From contig NQJD01000027.1 of NCBI GenBank assembly GCA_004284765.1, forward strand, positions 1 through 32,000: a DNA stretch of 32,000 bases, read 5' to 3'. Both the position numbers and the translations under genes were made by a program. The DNA comes from Candidatus Electronema aureum. GTDB taxonomy: Bacteria; Desulfobacterota; Desulfobulbia; Desulfobulbales; Desulfobulbaceae. The notes beneath the pieces are model-generated. The model did not search any database. It was not told the DNA's origin and was given only the letters and a program-made list of their open reading frames with translations. Positions 17,460 to 24,407 of this stretch are shown one piece after another. The stretch's first letter is position 1, and every line of letters begins with the position of its first letter.

Positions 17460-17810
17460 ATGAAATGGTATTGTCTTGCAGCTCTTATGGTGCTATGCCA
17501 AATATCTCAAGCAAAAGCTGAAGTTATTTTAGTGACAGGTGCGAAAATTATTTTCTATGCCCAAAGTCATTCTGACAGCGATGCCCATATGATTCAATCA
17601 AATATAGGGATTTACAAAGGAGGAGATCATCCATCGTGTATAAACAATCGTCTATATATAGATTTTACAGACAAGGAAATAATTGCAACCGCTATGGCGG
17701 CTTCTCTTGCTAACAAATCTGTTAGCTTTCTGTACGATGATGCCGCTGCAAGTAAACAAATGACAGGACACGCAATTAATAATTGTAGGGTGTTCAGTAT
17801 ATGGCAGTAG
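17460..17810 (+). CDS. small secreted protein, paralogue 2 (unknown family, two Cys)
   Basis: The 116-aa protein has a signal peptide (MKWYCLAALMVLCQISQAKA). GGAGG lies upstream of the ATG. ATAMAASLANKSVSF...RVFSIWQ parallels ATALIALTTGKTCWV...DRISINQ in the previous ORF. Confidence 0.6.
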   Translation: MKWYCLAALMVLCQISQAKAEVILVTGAKIIFYAQSHSDSDAHMIQSNIGIYKGGDHPSCINNRLYIDFTDKEIIATAMAASLANKSVSFLYDDAAASKQMTGHAINNCRVFSIWQ

Positions 17811-17888
17811 CCCTTTGATCAGCAAGAGCCGCTTGGCCGGGAAGATGCAGGGGCGTAATGAGCATAAAAATCAAACACGGTGTCAATC

Positions 17889-18146
17889 ATGCCGGTCATT
17901 TCCATGTTTTACGGAATCATCATCCGCATGTATCTGCTTGACAACAAGCATCACAATATTCCGCATGTTCATGCTGAATACGAGGCTTCCATCAGCATTG
18001 CCGACGGCGAGGTGCTTGCAGGGCAGCTTCCTCGAAAGCAGCTCAGGCTGGTGCAGGCGTGGATTGAGCTGCGCCGTGACGAGCTGACGGCGGACTGGGA
18101 GCTTGCCCTCAGTGATGAAAAGCCGTATAAAATTGCTCCGTTGTGA
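17889..18146 (+). CDS. DUF4160-family protein
   Basis: MPVISMFYGIIIRMYLLDNKHHNIPHVHAEY is the characteristic DUF4160 N-terminus. The start is trimmed to that Met. Confidence 0.85.
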   Translation: MPVISMFYGIIIRMYLLDNKHHNIPHVHAEYEASISIADGEVLAGQLPRKQLRLVQAWIELRRDELTADWELALSDEKPYKIAPL

Positions 18147-18152
18147 GATGCC

Positions 18153-18395
18153 ATGCACTGGGACGTGAAATTTGTTCAGCCTCTTGAAGAGTACCAAATT
18201 TATGTTGAGCTGGAAAACAGCCGGAAAGGAATCTTCGACATGAAGCCCTACCTGCATCGCGGTGTCTTTCAGGAACTCCGAGATGTGCATTATTTCAACC
18301 AAGTCGGCATCCTGTTCGGAGCCGTTACATGGCCAAACGAGCAGGACATCGCCCCGGAAACCCTGCTGGCGGAGATGGTTCAGGCGGATACATAG
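18153..18395 (+). CDS. DUF2442-family protein
   Basis: The 80-aa ORF starts 6 nt after the DUF4160 gene. VKFVQPLEEYQIYVELENSRKGIFDMKPYL...GAVTWPNEQDIAPETL is a DUF2442-like pattern. DUF4160 and DUF2442 usually occur as a pair. Confidence 0.85.
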   Translation: MHWDVKFVQPLEEYQIYVELENSRKGIFDMKPYLHRGVFQELRDVHYFNQVGILFGAVTWPNEQDIAPETLLAEMVQADT

Positions 18396-18509
18396 GGCAG
18401 CTTGGCTATGAAGGTGTAGGCAGAGTTTCATAGCCTTCCCTTTCTTTGTTCTTCTTGAATCTGTACCCCGTTCAGGCTACGATAAGGAAAAAATGAAGGA
18501 GATTTCGCC

Positions 18510-18761
18510 ATGAACAAAACCGCGACAGTACGCGCCCGCCTTGCCCCTGATTTGAAAGATCGGGTTCCGCCAGCTCGGTCTGACCACCACCCAAGCCATC
18601 ACCATATTCTACAAACAGGTTGAACAACGAAACGGGTTGCCGTTTAATCTTGTCCTGCCAAACGCAACCACACGCCAGACCTTTGACGACACAGATGCTG
18701 GGCGTGTGATCTGATTGTCTGCGAGAATGCCGACGATATGTTCAGCAAGCTGGGCATCTGA
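18510..18761 (+). pseudogene. DinJ/RelB-family antitoxin pseudogene (two frameshifts, small internal deletion)
   Basis: AAGGAG precedes the ATG at 18510. Frame 1 reads MNKTATVRARLAPDLKDR. Frame 2 reads RQLGLTTTQAITIFYKQVEQRNGLPFNLVLPN...DAGRVI*. Frame 3 reads DLIVCENADDMFSKLGI*. Together these recapitulate a DinJ-like protein. Confidence 0.6.
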
Positions 18762-18766
18762 TGCTG

Positions 18767-18788
18767 ACCCCTGCGAATTCGCAGGGGT
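18767..18788. repeat. perfect 22-bp palindrome centred on GAATTC
   Basis: ACCCCTGCGAATTCGCAGGGGT is an exact reverse-complement palindrome. It sits between the two antitoxin remnants. Confidence 0.9.
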
Positions 18789-18909
18789 TGACCGCTACGA
18801 CTTTTTAGAAGCCTGCCGCCAGCACCGCATTGATGTCGTTGACTATGACCCGGATGAACTGGAGACAGATTTCGCCGCGCTGATCAAAGGGAACGCGGCA
18901 TCATGCTGA
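18781..18909 (+). pseudogene. UPF0175-type antitoxin C-terminal fragment
   Basis: AGVDRYDFLEACRQHRIDVVDYDPDELETDFAALIKG resembles the C-terminal half of UPF0175 antitoxins. The N-terminal half is absent. The stop overlaps (ATGCTGA) a 12-codon stub where the PIN-like partner would start. Confidence 0.4.
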
Positions 18910-18984
18910 TTCAGCGGACGCTTGCGCTGGCGGGAGAATAAAGGTAGAGCGGTTGCCATAGGCTGTGTGTTATCTTTAAATCGG

Positions 18985-19083
18985 GTAGGGTGGGCAAACG
19001 GTTTTATCGTTTGCCCACGCGGAAGCTGATATAAATTGGTGGCAAGCAAAAAGACGTTTGCCCATCCTACGGTACTACGGTAC
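18985..19083. repeat. REP-like inverted repeats (GTAGGRTGGGCAAACG units) plus a TACGGTAC x2 tandem
   Basis: GTGGGCAAACG (18990-19000) and CGTTTGCCCAC (19008-19018) form a perfect 11-bp hairpin with a 7-nt loop. A third inverted copy, CGTTTGCCCATCCTAC, is at 19055-19070. TACGGTAC occurs twice in tandem at 19068-19083. Confidence 0.6.
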
Positions 19084-19123
19084 TGGATTCGGACAGCATC
19101 TTTGATGGTACCTATCAAACGTT

Positions 19124-21070
19124 ATGAATCCTCTTGACGACCTTCCGCAACGCCATAATTCTCACGATACTGGAGAAGCGGCAGAAACTGCTTTCCGAAA
19201 TGCTGTCAATAATCTGAATTATTTTGTTATCCAACGGGAAGACCGCAATGACTATGGAACAGATATTCAGATAGAAGCTCGCAAAGGCGACGCAATGACG
19301 AATATCCGTGTCCATGTTCAATTGAAGGGTACAGAGTCAACTACAAACAAAGATGATTCGGTCAGTATTTCAGTTGAACGCACGAATCTGAATTATCTTT
19401 TGGCACAACCAAATTCAGTTTACGTTTGTTATCATCTCCCTTCCAAGCGGTTGTTGGTTCGTTATGCAGAAGATGTTTACCGCGAATATGAACATCGTGG
19501 CGGAGCTTGGATGCAACAGAGTAATTTAACAGTACGCTTCTTTCAACCATTTGACGAACATTTTCAGCAGCAGCTCAATGCACGGGTCATTGCTTCTGGA
19601 ACAGCAGGAAGAGACAGGCGGCTTCTGTGGACAGGTACACCTCCTGATAAACTCTCGGCTTTAGTCCAGAGATCGAATGAGGTCATTGAAGTGCCTGTTG
19701 ACGAAGAACAGGCATTGAAGGTGCTTGAAGAGCTTTATGAGGTTGGCAAAGATAGCACAATCAGTAATTGTTTTGATCAGTTTGCTGCCGTGCTCGGTTC
19801 CGTCCCGCACGGAATGCTTTTTGCTTATTTGGCAGAAATCAACTTGGGGATTAATGCAATTCCATTCGACAGAGATAGGATTATCGAAGGAGTTAAGTTT
19901 CTTGATGAAATGATCGAGAAGCAAGAAGGACATCCTGGCTCAATCTTTTATTGCATAGGTAATGCAGGATTAGCTTTAGGTAATTATGAAATGGCTCAGG
20001 CTGCTTATTATAACGCTTTAAAATTGCTGCGTGTTACTCCTGAAACATATGAATTAGCAGCCAGATGCTGCAAGAATTGGGGGAGTGTCTTGAAAAAGAT
20101 TTCGAGAATGCACGAGGCCCGTAATGCCTATGAAGGAGCATTAAAATTTGATCCTGATTTAGGGGAAGCGCATTTGGCTCTTGGTCTCTGGCACCGTCAG
20201 CATGGAAATATATCTTTGGCATTAAAACATCTTGATAACGTAATTCAACAGAGCAATTCTGCTGTGCAGATGTCCACAGTGCATGGCTGGAGGATGACTC
20301 TGTTCTTTGAAAGCGGGGATACTGAAGGAGCATTCCGGGAAATAAACAATCTGATCGGCGAGGCTAAACAACATGAATGGATTTGGCCATGCTGTGCAAG
20401 GCATGTCGCTCAATTTGGTGTAACATCTGCTGACTCTGCTCGAAAGGCTCTTATATTCTGGCGGCAGTATCTTCGTGAACACCCAAAGTATAGTCGTGCT
20501 GAACGGGAACGTTTGCTCTGTAATTGGTATTTACACTCACGGGGAGCACCTTGTGAAATTGACTTTCAAGGATTCAAGACCGCAGTTGTCCAGTTGATAG
20601 AGAATGGCGATTCATCACCTGCATTTTTATGGGACAGAATAGGGCACTTTGCTCAAGATGACGGTGACTGGGAAGAAGCTGAACAGGCTTACCGGAAGGC
20701 ATACCAAATAGAACCTGAACGATACGGTTATTGTTTGGGAACAGCATTAAATCTTCTTCGTCGCTACAGCGAAGCTCTTCCCATTCTGCTTCCTCAAGCC
20801 GAGCAGCATCTTCCTGACGCTATGAGTTGGTTTCAGGTGGCACAGGCACGCGGAGGCGTTGGCGACATCGAAGGTTGTATTTCTGCGTATGAGAAGGCTA
20901 TAGAGCTTGATGACAGTTATGACCTTGCTTGGTTCAATCTCGGCGGCGTTTATTGGAACAACCGGCAGACAGAAAAAGCTGGTGAGATATGGAGAGAAGC
21001 GGTGAGACGTTTTCCAAATCATGAAATAGCCAAGAAGCTTCTCCAAGATTTGCTCAGTAGATCGGCCTGA
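19124..21070 (+). CDS. DUF4365 (PD-(D/E)xK-like nuclease fold) N-terminal domain fused to a long TPR array
   Basis: The protein is 648 aa. The N-terminus reads GEAAETAF...NDYGTDIQIEARKG...VHVQLKG...NLNYLL...VYVCY, which fits the DUF4365 pattern. The C-terminal ~400 aa contain multiple TPR-like units (AYYNALKL, AYEGALKFDPDLGEAHLALG, AYRKAYQIEPE, AYEKAIELDDSYDLAWFNLG). Confidence 0.8.
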   Translation: MNPLDDLPQRHNSHDTGEAAETAFRNAVNNLNYFVIQREDRNDYGTDIQIEARKGDAMTNIRVHVQLKGTESTTNKDDSVSISVERTNLNYLLAQPNSVYVCYHLPSKRLLVRYAEDVYREYEHRGGAWMQQSNLTVRFFQPFDEHFQQQLNARVIASGTAGRDRRLLWTGTPPDKLSALVQRSNEVIEVPVDEEQALKVLEELYEVGKDSTISNCFDQFAAVLGSVPHGMLFAYLAEINLGINAIPFDRDRIIEGVKFLDEMIEKQEGHPGSIFYCIGNAGLALGNYEMAQAAYYNALKLLRVTPETYELAARCCKNWGSVLKKISRMHEARNAYEGALKFDPDLGEAHLALGLWHRQHGNISLALKHLDNVIQQSNSAVQMSTVHGWRMTLFFESGDTEGAFREINNLIGEAKQHEWIWPCCARHVAQFGVTSADSARKALIFWRQYLREHPKYSRAERERLLCNWYLHSRGAPCEIDFQGFKTAVVQLIENGDSSPAFLWDRIGHFAQDDGDWEEAEQAYRKAYQIEPERYGYCLGTALNLLRRYSEALPILLPQAEQHLPDAMSWFQVAQARGGVGDIEGCISAYEKAIELDDSYDLAWFNLGGVYWNNRQTEKAGEIWREAVRRFPNHEIAKKLLQDLLSRSA

Positions 21071-21129
21071 TTCTATAAAAATGTACTAATTGCTCTTAAC
21101 AATGTGGCCTGAAAGCATAGGAGTAAACC

Positions 21130-21288
21130 ATGTCCAGAACGATTACATTGGAACTTCCAGACGATATTTATCTTGCCTTGCAAAGAATGGCTGAAAAACG
21201 AGGAAAGAATATCAGCCAGATTGTTCTTGAATTGATAAAAAACATGCTGGCAGAAGATCAATTGCTGCAAGCAATCCCCACGAACTAA
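21130..21288 (+). CDS. small ribbon-helix-helix (CopG/antitoxin-like) protein, 52 aa
   Basis: This ORF is not in the track because it is shorter than 60 aa. AGGAG lies 6 nt before ATG 21130. The translation is MSRTITLELPDDIYLALQRMAEKRGKNISQIVLELIKNMLAEDQLLQAIPTN, a strand-helix-helix pattern typical of RHH antitoxins. Confidence 0.55.
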   Translation: MSRTITLELPDDIYLALQRMAEKRGKNISQIVLELIKNMLAEDQLLQAIPTN

Positions 21289-21297
21289 CACACGCCA

Positions 21298-22398
21298 ATG
21301 GCTGAAACTAAACCCACCATCCCCCACGTCCGGCAGCGCATCGACGACATAGACGGCGCGATATTGTCCCTGCTTCAGGAGCGCCTTGACTGCGCCCTGA
21401 CCATCGGCAGGCTGAAGAAAGAGGCCAATCTGTCGAGCTGGGACCCTCGGCGCGAGCGCGAAGTCTATAAACGCCTGCTGGCCGAGAACAGCGGCAAGTT
21501 CCCGGACAACGCCCTGCGCAGCATCTTTCATGAGATCATGACCACCTGCCGCTTGGCGCAGAAAGATGTGGAAGTGGCCTTTCTGGGGCCGGAAGCCACC
21601 TTCTCGCATCTTGCGGCAGTGCGGTACTTCGGCCCTGCGGCGCAGTACCGCCCGGTTGCCTCGATTGAAGATGCCTTCTTGGAAGTTGAGAAAGGCCGGG
21701 TGCAGTACGGCATCGTCCCGGTGGAGAACTCCATTGAAGGCTCCATCGCCCTGACCTTAGACTCATTCATGAAGTACAAGGTCATCATCTGCGGTGAGCT
21801 GCATTTAGCTGTGCGGCAGAACTTGCTGTGCAGCTCCGGCAATCTGAAGGACATTCAAATAGTGGCCTCTCATGCCCAGCCCTTGGCGCAGTGCCGGGAC
21901 TGGCTCCGCAAGAACCTGCCCGGCATTCCCACTTTGGATGTTTCCTCAACCGCAGCGGCGGCGCAGATGGCGGCGGACAATCCCAACATCGGCGCGATTG
22001 CCAGCGAATTGGCAATCAAGCACTACGATGTGCAGATCGCGGTGCCCAGCATTGAAGATCATCAGGGCAACACCACCCGCTTTCTGGTGATCGGCAATCA
22101 TGCCCAGCCACGCAGCGGCAGCGACAAGACTTCGCTCCTGCTCGGCACGGCGGACAAGCCCGGCGCGCTCAACGAGGCCCTGAGCATCCTGTCGGCCAAG
22201 CACATCAACCTGACCAAGCTCGAATCGAGGCCGGTCAAGGGCAAGCGGTGGAAGTATCAGTTCTTTCTCGACCTGCTCGGTCACAGCGATGATCAGGTCA
22301 TCCAAGAGGCCTGCAACGAGCTGCAACACATCTGCCCTTCGTTCCGGCTGCTTGGCTCCTATCCCAAGGCTGCGGAGCCTGAAGCGGAACATATCTAA
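21298..22398 (+). CDS. pheA: bifunctional chorismate mutase / prephenate dehydratase (P-protein)
   Basis: Three domains are recognisable: an N-terminal chorismate mutase helix region (IDDIDGAILSLLQERLDCALTIGRLK), a prephenate dehydratase domain (VAFLGPEATFSH, VPVENSIEGSI), and a C-terminal ACT domain (GALNEALSILSAKHINLTKLESRP). Confidence 0.95.
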   Translation: MAETKPTIPHVRQRIDDIDGAILSLLQERLDCALTIGRLKKEANLSSWDPRREREVYKRLLAENSGKFPDNALRSIFHEIMTTCRLAQKDVEVAFLGPEATFSHLAAVRYFGPAAQYRPVASIEDAFLEVEKGRVQYGIVPVENSIEGSIALTLDSFMKYKVIICGELHLAVRQNLLCSSGNLKDIQIVASHAQPLAQCRDWLRKNLPGIPTLDVSSTAAAAQMAADNPNIGAIASELAIKHYDVQIAVPSIEDHQGNTTRFLVIGNHAQPRSGSDKTSLLLGTADKPGALNEALSILSAKHINLTKLESRPVKGKRWKYQFFLDLLGHSDDQVIQEACNELQHICPSFRLLGSYPKAAEPEAEHI

Positions 22399-24231
22399 AT
22401 GGCTGACCTTCTTTCCTGCCGTGAACTCGGCAAAGCGTTCGGGGCACAGAGCCTCTTTTCCTCAGTCAATCTCTCCATCAGCGAGGGCGACCGCATCGGT
22501 CTGATCGGGCCGAACGGCTCCGGCAAATCCACTCTGCTGAAAATCATCAGCGGTATGATTGAGCCGGACGGTGGCGACATCTTCCGGCAGCGGCATGTCC
22601 GCAGCAGCTTCCTTGCGCAAGAGGATGCGTTTGCTGAAGACAAGAGCTGTCTGGATAACCTCTGCGCCGCAATTGACGACCAGCATCTGGAGCCTGCCGA
22701 GCGAGAAAGCCGGGCGCAGGCTCTTCTCAGCCGGGCAGAATTCACTGATCCTGACTGCCCAGCAGGTTTGCTCTCCGGCGGCTGGCGCAAGCGGCTGGCC
22801 ATCTGCCGCGCTTTGATCGTCCGGCCTGACCTGCTCCTGATGGACGAGCCGACCAACCATCTTGACTTGGAAGGCATACTCTGGCTGGAAAAGATGCTCA
22901 ACGCCTCGCTGCCGGAAAGCCCTGCCGCGTTCCTGATGATCAGCCACGACCGCCGCTTTCTGGAGAACACGGTCAGGCGGGTGATTGAGCTGTCTGCCGC
23001 CTACCCGAACGGCACCTTGCAGGTGAACGGCAACTATTCCGCCTTTGTCGAGCAGCGGGAAACCTTCCTTGAGCAGCAGCAGGAGCAGGAGGAGCGACTG
23101 GCCAACAAGGTGCGGCGGGAGAATGAATGGCTCAGTCGCGGCCCGAAAGCCAGAGGCACCAAGGCCAAAGCCCGCAAGGACGCGGCCTATCAGCTTCAGG
23201 ATGATCTGGTTGAGGTGAAGAACCGCAACCGGGTCGGTAAGGTGGATATTGCCTTTGATGCCACTGAGCGGAAGACGAAAAAGCTGCTGACTGCGGTTGG
23301 CATCAGCAAGAGCTTTGACGGCAGGCAGCTTTTCAGCAATCTTGATCTGACGCTCTCGCCCGGCACAAGGCTGGGCCTGCTGGGGCGGAATGGCTGCGGC
23401 AAATCCACCTTAATGCAGATACTCGCCGCCGCAGACCGCAATGACGGCCTCAAGCCGGACAGCGGCACGGTCAAGGTGGCGGACAAGCTGCGCATTGTCA
23501 ATTTTGATCAGCGCAGGCAGCAGCTTGATCAAAAGCAGACCTTACGCCGTGCTCTATCACCGGACGGCGATTCGGTGCTGTATCAAGACCGGTCAATCCA
23601 TGTGGTCTCTTGGGCGAAACGCTTCCTCTTCCGCCCAGATCAGCTGGAAACCCCGGTGGCGCGACTATCTGGCGGCGAACAGGCCCGCATTCTCATTGCT
23701 GCGCTGATGCGCCAGCCTGCGGACGTGCTGCTGCTTGATGAACCGACCAATGATCTCGACATTCCTTCCTTGGATGTGCTGGAGGAAAGCCTGAGCGAGT
23801 TCCCCGGCGCATTAGTGTTAGTCACCCACGACCGCTTCATGCTCGACCGGCTCTGCGATCAGGTGCTCGGCTTTGACGGCAAAGGCAACGCTTCCTTCTT
23901 TGCTGAGTATGCGCAATGGCTGCGCACTCTTGCTGACGACGCAGGCCCAGTGCCAAGCAGCAAGAAAACGCCGCCTGCTGCGCCTGATGTCAAGAAAGCA
24001 ACGAAAAAACTTTCCTACAAAGACCAGCGCGAGTATGATCTGATGGAAGAAAGCATCCTTGCCGCTGAAACCCGGCAGGAGGAGCTGGAGGCGCGGATGC
24101 ACGAGCCGGAGCTTGTTGCTGATCCGGCCAAGCTCGCTGAATACTGGGAAGAGCAGGCAGCGGCGGCGCAGGAGGTCGCCCGCCTGTACGCCCGCTGGGA
24201 GGAGCTGGAGCGGCTCAAGAATGGCGAATAG
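22399..24231 (+). CDS. uup: ABC-F family ATPase, Uup-like
   Basis: The ATG directly abuts the pheA stop. Walker A motifs are GPNGSGKST and GRNGCGKST. Signature motifs are LSGGWRKR and LSGGEQAR. The C-terminus is a coiled coil. Confidence 0.9.
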   Translation: MADLLSCRELGKAFGAQSLFSSVNLSISEGDRIGLIGPNGSGKSTLLKIISGMIEPDGGDIFRQRHVRSSFLAQEDAFAEDKSCLDNLCAAIDDQHLEPAERESRAQALLSRAEFTDPDCPAGLLSGGWRKRLAICRALIVRPDLLLMDEPTNHLDLEGILWLEKMLNASLPESPAAFLMISHDRRFLENTVRRVIELSAAYPNGTLQVNGNYSAFVEQRETFLEQQQEQEERLANKVRRENEWLSRGPKARGTKAKARKDAAYQLQDDLVEVKNRNRVGKVDIAFDATERKTKKLLTAVGISKSFDGRQLFSNLDLTLSPGTRLGLLGRNGCGKSTLMQILAAADRNDGLKPDSGTVKVADKLRIVNFDQRRQQLDQKQTLRRALSPDGDSVLYQDRSIHVVSWAKRFLFRPDQLETPVARLSGGEQARILIAALMRQPADVLLLDEPTNDLDIPSLDVLEESLSEFPGALVLVTHDRFMLDRLCDQVLGFDGKGNASFFAEYAQWLRTLADDAGPVPSSKKTPPAAPDVKKATKKLSYKDQREYDLMEESILAAETRQEELEARMHEPELVADPAKLAEYWEEQAAAAQEVARLYARWEELERLKNGE

Positions 24232-24403
24232 TCCGCCAATTCCTTGTCCGGCCTGCGGCGGCAGCGGCCAGCTCAGTTCCTTCAAAGGCGAAAGCCGCTT
24301 CTTCCTCACGGTCGAGGAATGCCCGCTCTGCTGCGGTACCGGTCTGGCGGAAGAAACGCCGCCAGACTCTGGCCCTGATCCGTCAACTCAAGCCCCAAGG
24401 TGA
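24221..24403 (+). CDS. 60-aa DnaJ-type zinc-finger mini-protein
   Basis: The internal ATG at 24221 overlaps the uup 3' end by 11 nt. The two CxxCxGxG-like knuckles are CPACGGSG and CPLCCGTG. Confidence 0.5.
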   Translation: MANSPPIPCPACGGSGQLSSFKGESRFFLTVEECPLCCGTGLAEETPPDSGPDPSTQAPR

Positions 24404-24407
24404 TCCC

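Noticed and set aside
17883-18431. 182-aa minus-strand ORF spanning the DUF4160/DUF2442 pair
   Set aside because: The plus-strand frames give textbook DUF4160 and DUF2442 sequences. The antisense ORF has no recognisable features.
21073-21609. 178-aa minus-strand ORF overlapping the start of pheA and the RHH mini-gene
   Set aside because: It is antisense to a well-supported pheA frame. Its Ala/Gly/Arg-rich composition is typical of shadow ORFs in GC-rich coding DNA. I recognise no motif and see no ribosome-binding site.
4698-24231. Two ABC-F ATPases (4698..6674 and 22399..24231) as a possible antibiotic-resistance (ARE) pair
   Set aside because: Most bacteria carry several housekeeping ABC-F paralogues (Uup/YheS/EttA-like). 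I cannot judge from sequence whether the inter-domain linker is extended in the way ARE ABC-F proteins require.
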